Shown here in pieces: positions 9,933 to 18,961 of a stretch of DNA of 64,000 nt (within the stretch, counting starts at the first letter, position 1; each line of letters starts with the position of its first letter). The position numbers and the translations under genes are program-made. Source of the stretch: Minisyncoccota bacterium (GTDB lineage: Bacteria; Patescibacteriota; Minisyncoccia; UBA6257; GWB1-50-10). The notes under the pieces are model-generated. The model had not been told where the DNA came from, ran no database searches, and saw only the letters and a program-made list of their open reading frames with translations. The stretch covers positions 22,751 through 86,750 of the forward strand of contig JBBDIH010000212.1 of assembly GCA_040880505.1 (NCBI GenBank), given 5' to 3'.

Positions 9933-9991
9933 AAAAGTTATCCCCAGAAATTTATGCCTCCCGAGGGCATAAATTTCTGGGGATAACTTTT
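9933..9991. repeat. palindromic intergenic repeat, full copy (25-bp arms AAAGTTATCCCCAGAAATTTATGCC / GGCATAAATTTCTGGGGATAACTTT, 7-nt loop)
   Basis: This is a perfect inverted repeat. It recurs at 13737, 24570, 46674 and 59161. Confidence 0.85.
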
Positions 9992-10029
9992 ATCTGCCTA
10001 ATAGTTGTTTGCTATTAAAATAAAACTAT

Positions 10030-11466
10030 ATGCCTTTGCACAAAGTTTTCTTCTATAGTGGGTTATTTTTTCTCTTAGGAGTAACTTTAAAAAGTTTTGG
10101 TTTAAATAAAGAAATTCTATTAATAAATTTAATTTTGATATTATTTCTATTAATAATATCTTTTATAAAGAATAAGTTTTTAGTTTTTATATTTATATTA
10201 CCGTTAATTTCAATCGGCTCTATTTACTATCAATGGAGTGATTTAAAATTTCATCAAAATGATTTTTTATTAGATCAAAATGAATTTATAGGAACCGTTA
10301 TTGATAATCCAAACAAAGAAAATAATTTTCAAGAGATTGTATTAGAGGTAGATAAATCTAAAAAAGGAAAAATATTAGTAAGAACTGATATTTATCCAGG
10401 CTATTATTATGGTGATAAATTATTAGTAAAAGGAAATTTAAGTGAAACTTCTTTTGAGGGTTATAAAAAATATTTAGAAAAAGAAGGAATAACAGGAGTA
10501 GTTTATTATCCAGAAATAAATAAAACAGGATTCGAACCTCAATCGATAATAAAAGAAAAATTATTTTCTTTTAAAAATAAGGTAGAGAATTCTTTTAAAA
10601 AAAGTTTACCTTCACTTGAAGCAAGTTTTTTAACCGGACTTACACTAGGAGGAACTAGTGGCTTAACAGATAAGTTCAAAAAAGATTTAAGTCTTAGTGG
10701 AACAACTCATTTGGTTGCTTTATCTGGCTACAATGTAAGTATTATTATTTTTTCAGTTGTTTCTACTTTCTCTAATTTTCTTTCTAGAAAGAAATCTTTA
10801 TTTTTAGCCTTATTTTTTATTATTGGGTTTACTATCATGACCGGAGCAGACCCATCTATTGTGAGAGCATCTATAATGGGAGGTCTAGTTATAGTGGCTC
10901 ATTTTTCTGAAAGATTTTTTGATATGAAGAATGCTTTGATTTTTTCTGCTTTATTGATGATTTTGATTAACCCTAAAGTTTTAATTTATGACGTGGGTTT
11001 TCAACTCTCATTTTTAGCTTTACTAGGAATAATCTATTTAAAACCAATATTTCATAAAATAATTAAATTTAAAAATGATTTAGGATTTTTATCTTGGAAA
11101 GATAATTTTTTAACTACTGTTTCTGCTCAAGTTATGGTTGCTCCTATATTAATAATTAACTTTGATAATTTTTCTTTAATTTCTTTATTGGCTAATGTAG
11201 CTATTTTAGAACTTATACCTTCAACCATGGCTTTAGGTTTTATTTTATTTTTAATGTATGAGCTTTCACATGTATTTTCTTTATTTATTAGTTTTATAGT
11301 TGGTTCTTTGTTGTTTTTAGAAATAAAAATAATAGAATTTTTTGCTGATTTTAAATTATTAATTTCATTAGAAATTGGCATCTTCAGTTTTATTATTTAT
11401 TACTTATTTTTATTATTCTTAATTTTTTATTCTTCTAGAAAAACAAAAATATTAAGTTATGTTTGA
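10030..11466 (+). CDS. comEC: DNA internalization competence protein ComEC/Rec2, membrane channel part
   Basis: It is polytopic with the competence-domain signature LSLSGTTHLVALSGYNVSII. Confidence 0.8.
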   Translation: MPLHKVFFYSGLFFLLGVTLKSFGLNKEILLINLILILFLLIISFIKNKFLVFIFILPLISIGSIYYQWSDLKFHQNDFLLDQNEFIGTVIDNPNKENNFQEIVLEVDKSKKGKILVRTDIYPGYYYGDKLLVKGNLSETSFEGYKKYLEKEGITGVVYYPEINKTGFEPQSIIKEKLFSFKNKVENSFKKSLPSLEASFLTGLTLGGTSGLTDKFKKDLSLSGTTHLVALSGYNVSIIIFSVVSTFSNFLSRKKSLFLALFFIIGFTIMTGADPSIVRASIMGGLVIVAHFSERFFDMKNALIFSALLMILINPKVLIYDVGFQLSFLALLGIIYLKPIFHKIIKFKNDLGFLSWKDNFLTTVSAQVMVAPILIINFDNFSLISLLANVAILELIPSTMALGFILFLMYELSHVFSLFISFIVGSLLFLEIKIIEFFADFKLLISLEIGIFSFIIYYLFLLFLIFYSSRKTKILSYV

Positions 11467-12337
11467 AACATTTTTTACAAAAGAAAATAAAAATAAAACA
11501 ATGACTATGATATTGGCTTTTATTGCTTTTATCATTTTATTTTTTAGTTATTTTAATAAAGATAGTATTTCAATTTATTTTTTTAATGTTGGTCAAGGAG
11601 ATAGTCAGTTAATAGACATCAGAGAAAATAAAAATAATATACAATTTCTAATAGATGGAGGCCCACTAAATTCAAATGCACTTCATGAGATGAATAATGT
11701 ATTAGGTTTAACAGATAAATATATAGATATTATTTTTCTTTCTCACTCTCAATTAGATCATTTTGGAGGCTTAATTGATATTATAAAAACTTATAAAATT
11801 GGATTATTTGTTTATAATGGAGTTAATACTAAAAATCCTAGCTTTTTAGAGTTAGCTAACATTCTAAATGAAAACCAAATAAAAGTTTTAAAAGTATCTA
11901 AAGGAGACAAAGTAAAGTATAAGGATTTTATAATTGAAATTTTACACCCCACTAAAAATTCTTTATTAGTTGATGATATTAATGAATCTTCTCTTGTTTT
12001 AAAATTTACTTATAAATCTATAAACACATTATTTACAGGAGACATAGGATCAATAACAGAAAATAAAATTATAAATGAAAATATTTCTTCAGAAATATTA
12101 AAAGTTCCTCATCATGGCTCTCGTTATTCATCATCTATTAATTTTTTAAACTCCGTAAAACCAATTATTTCTGTTATACAAGTAGGTAAAAATAGCTATG
12201 GACATCCAACAGAAGATACTTTAAATAATTTGGATTCTATAGGCTCTCAGGTTTTCAGAAACGATTTAGATGGTACAATTAGAATTGACTTAACTAGTGA
12301 TAAAATAAATATTTATAAAAATGAGAATCTTAAGTAA
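11459..12337 (+). CDS. metallo-beta-lactamase fold hydrolase corresponding to the ComEC C-terminal domain (separate ORF)
   Basis: HSQLDHFGG is an HxHxDH motif. It begins 8 nt before the comEC stop, in another frame. Confidence 0.65.
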   Translation: MFETFFTKENKNKTMTMILAFIAFIILFFSYFNKDSISIYFFNVGQGDSQLIDIRENKNNIQFLIDGGPLNSNALHEMNNVLGLTDKYIDIIFLSHSQLDHFGGLIDIIKTYKIGLFVYNGVNTKNPSFLELANILNENQIKVLKVSKGDKVKYKDFIIEILHPTKNSLLVDDINESSLVLKFTYKSINTLFTGDIGSITENKIINENISSEILKVPHHGSRYSSSINFLNSVKPIISVIQVGKNSYGHPTEDTLNNLDSIGSQVFRNDLDGTIRIDLTSDKINIYKNENLK

Positions 12338-13736
12338 AAACATATCAAAATTTGAAGGAGAAGAAATAAAGATGTCTGGTTGGGTAGACGCTCGTCGTGA
12401 TCATGGAAAACTTATCTTCATAGATTTAAGAGATAGAACTGGTTTAACTCAAGTAGTTTTCAATGCAAAAAATGAAGAGGTTTATGAAAAAGCAGATAAG
12501 TTAAGACCAGAATGGGTTATAGAGATTACTGGAGAAGTGAAAGCAAGACCTGAAAACATGATAAATCCCGACATTGAATCTGGTAAACACGAAATAAGTA
12601 TAACTGATCTAAATTTATTGGCAGAGGCTGAGACTCCACCAATATCAATTGAAGGTGATGGTTATGATATAGGAGAAGAAATAAGAATGAAGTATAGGTA
12701 TTTAGACTTAAGAAGAAAAAGATTAAACAGGAACTTTAAGACTAAAAGTAAAATATTTTCTTATATAAGGCAGTACTTATCAAAGAAAGACTTTATAGAA
12801 ATAGAAACACCAATACTAGGTAAATCAACTCCTGAAGGAGCAAGAGATTATTTAGTGCCATCAAGAACTCATCCTGGTAATTTTTATGCTCTTCCTCAAT
12901 CACCACAACAATACAAGCAACTTTTAATGGTTGCTGGAATGGAAAGGTATTTCCAGATCGTTAGATGTTTTAGAGATGAAGATACTAGAGGGGACAGACA
13001 ACCAGAGTTTACTCAATTAGATTTTGAGCTAAGCTTTACTTCTGAAGAAGAAATAAAAAAATTAGTAGAAGAAATGTTTTTGTCTCTAGTTAAAGAATTA
13101 TTTCCAGATAAAAAATTAACACTAGATGAAAATGGAAGAATCCCAAGCATGACGTACGCAAAAGCTATGGAAGATTATGGAAATGATAGGCCAGACATTA
13201 GAAAGAACAAAGAAGATAAAGATGAGCTAGCCTTTCTATTTATTACTGATTTTCCTGCTTTTGAGTACAAAGAAGGAGATAAAAGATGGGCTGCTGTTCA
13301 TCATCCATTTACTCAACCTGACGTTGAGAGTGTAGAAGACTTTAAAACCAAATTTGATAATAATCCAGGAGAAATAACAGCAAGGCAGTATGATCTAGTA
13401 TTGAATGGTTACGAAATAGCTGGAGGATCAATCAGGATAAATGATTATGAATTACTTTCTGCAATCTTTGAGGCATTAGGTCATTCAAAATCAGACGTAG
13501 AAGATAGATTCGGCCACTTATTAGAAGCATTTAAATATGGTGTTCCTCCACATGGTGGAATGGCCGTAGGAATGGACAGATTTTTATCAATAGTTTTTGG
13601 AGAGCCAAACATAAGAGAAGTTATAGCTTTTCCAAAAACAGGAGATGGAAGAGACTTAATGATGGGTGCACCTAGTGGAGTTGATGAAAATCAATTAAAA
13701 GAGTTAAATATTAAAGTCGATAAAAAAGATAAGTAA
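12321..13736 (+). CDS. aspS: aspartate--tRNA ligase, short bacterial-type without the GAD insertion
   Basis: It has an N-terminal OB fold (WVDARRDHGKLIFIDLRDRTG) and the class II motif FRDEDTRGDRQPEFTQLD. Confidence 0.9.
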   Translation: MRILSKNISKFEGEEIKMSGWVDARRDHGKLIFIDLRDRTGLTQVVFNAKNEEVYEKADKLRPEWVIEITGEVKARPENMINPDIESGKHEISITDLNLLAEAETPPISIEGDGYDIGEEIRMKYRYLDLRRKRLNRNFKTKSKIFSYIRQYLSKKDFIEIETPILGKSTPEGARDYLVPSRTHPGNFYALPQSPQQYKQLLMVAGMERYFQIVRCFRDEDTRGDRQPEFTQLDFELSFTSEEEIKKLVEEMFLSLVKELFPDKKLTLDENGRIPSMTYAKAMEDYGNDRPDIRKNKEDKDELAFLFITDFPAFEYKEGDKRWAAVHHPFTQPDVESVEDFKTKFDNNPGEITARQYDLVLNGYEIAGGSIRINDYELLSAIFEALGHSKSDVEDRFGHLLEAFKYGVPPHGGMAVGMDRFLSIVFGEPNIREVIAFPKTGDGRDLMMGAPSGVDENQLKELNIKVDKKDK

Positions 13737-13793
13737 AAAGTTATCCCCAGAAATTTATGCCTCCCGAGGACATAAATAACTGTGGATAACTTT
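13737..13793. repeat. palindromic intergenic repeat, diverged copy; right arm carries a perfect DnaA box TGTGGATAA (13781..13789)
   Basis: The sequence is AAAGTTATCCCCAGAAATTTATGCCTCCCGAGGACATAAATAACTGTGGATAACTTT. Confidence 0.8.
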
Positions 13794-13813
13794 CTTAAGA
13801 AAATTATAAAAAA

Positions 13814-14392
13814 ATGAATCCGAAAGAAGAAAAAACATTTTTAATGGTAAAGCCAGACGGTGTAAGAAAAGGTTTAGTGGGTGAAGTAATTAAAAGAATA
13901 GAGCAAAGAGATCTTAAAATCGTTCGTCTTGATATGTTTCAAGCCACAGAAAAAGATATAGATAGTCATTATCCAAAAGATGAAGCCTGGATAAAAAGAG
14001 TAGGAGAAAAAACTTTAAAGACTTACGAAAAGTATAATCTTGATGCAAAAGAAGAGGTTGGCACAGATGATCCAATGGAAATAGGAAAACAAGTAAGAGG
14101 CTGGTTAATAGAGTTTATGACTTCTGCTCCTATGGTCAAGATGATTATTCAGGGTGTTCATGCGATTGACATGGTAAGAAAAATTGTAGGACCAACCATG
14201 CCGTCTGATGCTGATATGGGAACTATAAGAGGTGACTTTTCAGTAGACTCTCCAGCACTAGCAAATAAAGAGAAAAGAGCTATTCAAAATCTTGTTCATG
14301 CATCCGAAACTCCAGAAGAAGCAGCTCACGAAATAGAATACTGGTTTGATGAAAATAAACCGTTTGTTTATAAGAGGTTTGGTATAGATTAA
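13814..14392 (+). CDS. ndk: nucleoside diphosphate kinase
   Basis: FLMVKPDGVRKGLVGEVIKRIE is the NDK N-terminal signature. Confidence 0.8.
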   Translation: MNPKEEKTFLMVKPDGVRKGLVGEVIKRIEQRDLKIVRLDMFQATEKDIDSHYPKDEAWIKRVGEKTLKTYEKYNLDAKEEVGTDDPMEIGKQVRGWLIEFMTSAPMVKMIIQGVHAIDMVRKIVGPTMPSDADMGTIRGDFSVDSPALANKEKRAIQNLVHASETPEEAAHEIEYWFDENKPFVYKRFGID

Positions 14393-14420
14393 AAAATATT
14401 TTTTTGGTATATTATAAATA

Positions 14421-14592
14421 GGTTTCGTTTTTAGATTCCGGATCGTAGTTTTTAAAGGGATCCCTATATAGTGTTAGTCTGCTGATTCGTTCGGAGGCTA
14501 TCTACTGCAGGAACCCACATGGCAAATAGCCGGGAAATCTTTAGGCGAAACAACCAGAATCAACCTCCTTGTGGGGTTGTTTCTGTTTTTTT
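14421..14592 (+). ncRNA. candidate structured RNA / cis-regulatory leader upstream of metG, ending in an intrinsic terminator
   Basis: It is a GC-rich island in an AT-rich intergenic region. Several helices can form: GGATC/GATCC, GGCTAT/ATAGCC, and 5' GGTTTCG with CGAAAC. The terminator is GAAACAACC...GGTTGTTTC plus TGTTTTTTT (14547..14592). Confidence 0.35.
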
Positions 14593-14632
14593 AGGATTGC
14601 TTTGTATTGTATAGTTAATAAAAGATTTAATA

Positions 14633-16279
14633 ATGAAAAATAAAGAAAAAATATTTATAGGAGTTGCCTGGCCTTATGTAAATGGTGATTTACATGTTGG
14701 TCATTTAGCTGGTTATCTTTTACCTGCAGATATATTTGCTCGCTTTAATAGATTTAAAGGAAGAGATGTTTTAATGGCTTCAGGTTCTGATTGTTTTGGA
14801 ACGCCAATAACAATAGAGGCAGAAAAGAGAAATCTTTCTCCAGAAGAAATAGTTAATGAGTATCACCCAAAACATTTAGATCTTTTTGAAAAAGCAGGAA
14901 TATCTTTTGATATTTTTACAAAAACAAATACTAAAAACCATATAAAAATATCTCAAGAATTCTTTTTAAAATTTTTAGAAAAGGGATACATATTTAAAGA
15001 CGTATCTAAACAACATTATGATGAAAAAGAAAAAAGATTTTTACCTGATAGGTACGTAGAAGGAAAATGTCCTCATTGTAATTTTGAAGAAGCAAGAAGT
15101 GATCAGTGTGATAATTGTGGCAGAGTTTTAGATCAAGGAGAATTAAAAAATCCTGTAAGTAAACTTTCTGGTAATAAAGTTATTTTAAAAGAAAGTGAGC
15201 ATTACTTTTTTGATTTAGAAAAATTACAACCTTTCATTGAAGAGTACTTTAAAGATAAAAGTGGCGAATGGAAAGAATGGGTGATGAAAGAAACTAAAAA
15301 TTGGCTAAAAAGAGGTTTAAATTCTAGATCTTTTAGTAGGGATTTAGAATGGGGCGTACCTTTTCCTATTGATAAAATTCCAGCCAATAAAAAAATTGAA
15401 AACATAGAAAATAAAAGATTTTATGTTTGGTGGGAAGCTGTTATTGGTTATTTGAGTGCTTCTATAGAGTGGTCAGAAACTAAAAATAATAATTGGGAAG
15501 ATTTTTGGAAAAATAAAGATGCAAAACACTTTTATTTTATGGGTAAAGATAATCTTCCATACCATACAATGTTTTGGCCGGCAGAGCTTCACTTATATAA
15601 TGAAAAATTAAACTTGCCAGATGTTCACGTGATTAATCAATATCTAAATTTTGAGGGAAATAAATTTTCAAAAAGTAGAGGAGTAACCATAGATTCAAAA
15701 GAGATTATAGAAAAATATGGACTAGATTCTGTTAGGTTTTATATAAACTCTATAATGCCAGAAAACTCTGATTCAAATTTTAATTGGGATGATTTTATAG
15801 ATAAACATAACAATGTTCTTATTGGTAATTTAGGTAATTTTATAAATAGAACTTTGACTTTAGCTAAAGATGTTTCTTTTGATAAAAATTACATAGAGGA
15901 AGAAGTAAAAAATAAAATAAATAACCTTACTAAAGAAGCAGAAAAAAATCTTGAAAATAATCAATTTAGAAATTATCTAGATTCTATATTAAGTCTTTCT
16001 GATTTTGGTAATAAATATTTAACAAAAAAAGAACCCTGGAAAAAAGAAAAAGAAGATAAAGAAAAAATAATAACCAATGCTTTATTAGTAGTTTTAGCTC
16101 TGCAAGTCATAATAAAACCTCTTTTAATTGAAACTTATAAAAAATTAGTAAACCTAACTGGTTTAGATTTTGATAATTGGTCTGATGATGTTTTTTCTGA
16201 GGTTTTAAACTTTTTAGAAAAGGTAAAAATTAAAAAACCCTCACCACTTTTTGAAAAAATTGATAAGGGCAGTAACTAG
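14633..16279 (+). CDS. metG: methionine--tRNA ligase
   Basis: HVGHLAG is the HIGH motif and KFSKSRG is KMSKS. A zinc knuckle CPHC...CDNC is present. Confidence 0.9.
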   Translation: MKNKEKIFIGVAWPYVNGDLHVGHLAGYLLPADIFARFNRFKGRDVLMASGSDCFGTPITIEAEKRNLSPEEIVNEYHPKHLDLFEKAGISFDIFTKTNTKNHIKISQEFFLKFLEKGYIFKDVSKQHYDEKEKRFLPDRYVEGKCPHCNFEEARSDQCDNCGRVLDQGELKNPVSKLSGNKVILKESEHYFFDLEKLQPFIEEYFKDKSGEWKEWVMKETKNWLKRGLNSRSFSRDLEWGVPFPIDKIPANKKIENIENKRFYVWWEAVIGYLSASIEWSETKNNNWEDFWKNKDAKHFYFMGKDNLPYHTMFWPAELHLYNEKLNLPDVHVINQYLNFEGNKFSKSRGVTIDSKEIIEKYGLDSVRFYINSIMPENSDSNFNWDDFIDKHNNVLIGNLGNFINRTLTLAKDVSFDKNYIEEEVKNKINNLTKEAEKNLENNQFRNYLDSILSLSDFGNKYLTKKEPWKKEKEDKEKIITNALLVVLALQVIIKPLLIETYKKLVNLTGLDFDNWSDDVFSEVLNFLEKVKIKKPSPLFEKIDKGSN

Positions 16280-16298
16280 GATTTATTTATCTTAAGAG

Positions 16299-16499
16299 TT
16301 AAGAAATTACTTTTCTAGTAAGAGTTTTAATGCACTGTGTGCAAAGAGAAGATTTTTTACCATTCTCCCAACTTTCTACTCTAACATTTTGAATGTTAGC
16401 TTTTTTCTTTTTCTTTGGGGTAGGGTTGTAATGTCCTCTCAAAAGGTTTCTTTTTCTCCCCATCTTATGTGATTTTTCGCATTTTTCGCATTTACGCAT
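16299..16499 (-). CDS. rpmB: 50S ribosomal protein L28
   Basis: It has CxxC near the N-terminus and PTPKKKKKANIQNVRVESWENGKK...LCTQCIKTL. This parallels the L28 pattern (TKRRF-PNLQ-VRV...ENG...RVSTKALR). Confidence 0.6.
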   Translation of the reverse strand: MRKCEKCEKSHKMGRKRNLLRGHYNPTPKKKKKANIQNVRVESWENGKKSSLCTQCIKTLTRKVIS

Positions 16500-16591
16500 A
16501 GTTTTTTATTACAGATTATAGATTATATAGAGAAAACAGTTATGTCAACTCGATTGTTCTAGTTTTGAATATCTAGAAGTATGTAGATTTA

Positions 16592-17212
16592 CTATCCTAG
16601 AGCTGTTTCTTCATAAGAACTTTCTTCAAAATTAAATAAATAGAATTTTATTTCATCACTACTATTTATTTGTAATATAAACTCATCAGAGTTACCTTCT
16701 ATCTTAAATGATGCCTCGCCATTTACAACGCTTTGAGGCGGCATAGAATCTAGAGGACCATTAGTTTTTAGTGGTTTTTGGCTTTGTCCACCCATGATAA
16801 CAGCCTCAAAAGTATTAACTGAATCAAAAGCGCTGTATGAACTTGCTTCTTTTGTGAAAACTCTAAAACTTACATTAACTAATCCTTCTTCATCTTTAGA
16901 TATATTTTCTACAGTAATTGTTAAATTTGTTTGTGGTGAAAGTAGGGGACTAGATTCTTTTTCGAAAATTATAGCAGTTGATATCGATTGAACCTCATTA
17001 TCATCTGAGTCATCTTCTGTATTTCCAGAACCATTTGGACCAACAGCATTATACTCTCTATATAAAGGTTCCAACTTATTATCTAAATTAGAAATATTAT
17101 TATTAACTTCATTTATATTACTAGAAATTATCCAAAAACCTACGGTAAAGATTAATAATAAAACTACTAATATTAAATTTAGATGATTTTCTTTTATTTT
17201 TTTCATGTTCAT
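16592..17212 (-). CDS. hypothetical secreted/membrane-anchored protein
   Basis: An N-terminal signal anchor is followed by an acidic region. No family was recognised. Confidence 0.4.
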   Translation of the reverse strand: MNMKKIKENHLNLILVVLLLIFTVGFWIISSNINEVNNNISNLDNKLEPLYREYNAVGPNGSGNTEDDSDDNEVQSISTAIIFEKESSPLLSPQTNLTITVENISKDEEGLVNVSFRVFTKEASSYSAFDSVNTFEAVIMGGQSQKPLKTNGPLDSMPPQSVVNGEASFKIEGNSDEFILQINSSDEIKFYLFNFEESSYEETALG

Positions 17213-17277
17213 ACAATAGCAGATTATTTTTAAAATCTAAAATAAAATTAGTTTTGTGTTAGAATAGTTAAAAACAA

Positions 17278-17928
17278 ATGGAATTTCTAATATTTCAATT
17301 AATAATACTTCTTTTTTCAGTTGTTATTCACGAGCTTTCTCATGGATATGTAGCTGAATACTTAGGAGACAATACAGCAAGAGATGCTGGTAGGTTAACT
17401 TTGAATCCAATAAAACATTTAGATATGTTTGGTTCTATTATTTTACCGCTTTTACTTTTTGCAACCGGATCATCTTTTATTATCGGTTGGGCTAAGCCGA
17501 TTCCTTATAATCCAAGAAGATTAACTAAAGATCATAAATATGGACCTCTTAAGATAGCTTTAGCCGGTCCTTTATCAAACGTATTAATGGCGTTGGTTTT
17601 TGGATTAATTCTTAGATTTTCTTTTCCTTATATTCCAGATTTCACTATCATGGCTCTAGGATTTATTGTTATGTTAAATATATTATTAGCTGTATTTAAC
17701 TTACTACCAATCCCACCTTTAGATGGTTCTAAAATCTTTAGCGTTTTATTACCTCAAAAATATTCATATTTTATACAAAGCATTGGTATAGGAGGAATAA
17801 TGATAGTTTTTCTTTTCCTAATATTATTTGGAGGAATAATATTTCAGTTGACTTCATTCTTTTCAGAACTAATAATGGGACAAATTGCTTGGGCAAGTTT
17901 TATTAATCTAATAGGACCCGCTTTTTAA
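17278..17928 (+). CDS. site-2 protease family (peptidase M50) membrane metalloprotease
   Basis: It has an HELSH zinc motif and the NLLPIPPLDGSK (LDG) motif. Confidence 0.7.
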   Translation: MEFLIFQLIILLFSVVIHELSHGYVAEYLGDNTARDAGRLTLNPIKHLDMFGSIILPLLLFATGSSFIIGWAKPIPYNPRRLTKDHKYGPLKIALAGPLSNVLMALVFGLILRFSFPYIPDFTIMALGFIVMLNILLAVFNLLPIPPLDGSKIFSVLLPQKYSYFIQSIGIGGIMIVFLFLILFGGIIFQLTSFFSELIMGQIAWASFINLIGPAF

Positions 17929-18032
17929 TTCAATTCTAGTTAGGTTTACTTATTAGTTATTTTTATACTATAATCTTGTATACTAAAAACTTGACGTTAT
18001 TAAACAAAAAATATAAGCTTTAAGCTGTAAAT

Positions 18033-18452
18033 ATGCCTACAATCAATCAATTAATTAAAAAAGGAAGAAAGAAACCAAAAAGAAAGCCTAAGTCACCGGC
18101 TCTTAGTTTTGGTTTTAATACTCAAAAAAACCAACCAGTAGATTACCCATCTCCTTTTAAGAGAGGAGTTTGTCTAAAGGTTTTTACAACGACACCTAAA
18201 AAACCTAACTCAGCTTTAAGAAAGGTAACTAGAATAAGACTTACTAACGGTTCTGAGGTAACGGCCTACATTCCTGGTGAAGGGCACAATCTTCAAGAGC
18301 ATTCTGTTGTTTTAATTAGAGGTGGAAGAGTAAAAGATCTTCCAGGTGTTAGATACCATGTTGTTAGAGGTGTTCTTGATACTGAAGGTGTTCAAGGCAG
18401 AAAAGAGCAAAGATCTAAATATGGTGCTAAGAAACCAAAGAGTGAAGAGTAA
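18033..18452 (+). CDS. rpsL: 30S ribosomal protein S12
   Basis: It begins [14 protein letters not shown] and contains PNSALRKV and [16 protein letters not shown]. Confidence 0.95.
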   Translation: MPTINQLIKKGRKKPKRKPKSPALSFGFNTQKNQPVDYPSPFKRGVCLKVFTTTPKKPNSALRKVTRIRLTNGSEVTAYIPGEGHNLQEHSVVLIRGGRVKDLPGVRYHVVRGVLDTEGVQGRKEQRSKYGAKKPKSEE

Positions 18453-18464
18453 AAATACAAATAA

Positions 18465-18935
18465 ATGAGAAAAAGTACTTATTACAAAAAAAGAGAACAT
18501 AAACCAGACACCAAACACGGACGTATTGATATGGGTCGTTTTATAAATTATTTAATGGAAGATGGTAAAAGATCTGTGGCAGAAAAAGTTTTTTATTCAT
18601 CTTTAGAAAGAGTAAAAGAAGTTACAAAAAATGATCCAGTTAAAGTTTTTGAAGACGCTTTAGAAAATGTTAGTCCTAGAGTTGAGGTTGTATCTAGAAG
18701 AGTTGGTGGTGCTAACTACCAAATTCCTAGAGAAGTAAGACAAGAAAGAAAATTTTTTCTTGCTTGTAACTGGATTATATCTGCAGCAAAAAATCAAAAA
18801 GGTAAACCAATGCATGAAAGATTATCTCAACAGATAATAGAGGCTGCTAAAAATGAAGGCGAAGCAATCAAGAAGAAGCAAACCATGCATAGAATGGCAG
18901 AAGCAAACAGAGCTTTTGCTAGTTTCCTTCGTTAA
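18465..18935 (+). CDS. rpsG: 30S ribosomal protein S7
   Basis: It shows the S7 fold signature (ANYQIPREV) and follows the rpsL gene order. Confidence 0.9.
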   Translation: MRKSTYYKKREHKPDTKHGRIDMGRFINYLMEDGKRSVAEKVFYSSLERVKEVTKNDPVKVFEDALENVSPRVEVVSRRVGGANYQIPREVRQERKFFLACNWIISAAKNQKGKPMHERLSQQIIEAAKNEGEAIKKKQTMHRMAEANRAFASFLR

Positions 18936-18961
18936 AATATAAATTTAATTAATAAAATATA

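Noticed and set aside
10521-10535. tRNA-like T-arm motif GGATTCGAACC
   Set aside because: It lies inside the comEC coding sequence with no acceptor or anticodon stems around it. No tRNA cloverleaf was found anywhere in the window.
14400-14632. T-box riboswitch upstream of metG
   Set aside because: There is no match to the conserved T-box sequence (AAUUAGGGUGGNACCGCG) or a typical Stem I/specifier architecture. It is kept only as an unclassified structured leader.
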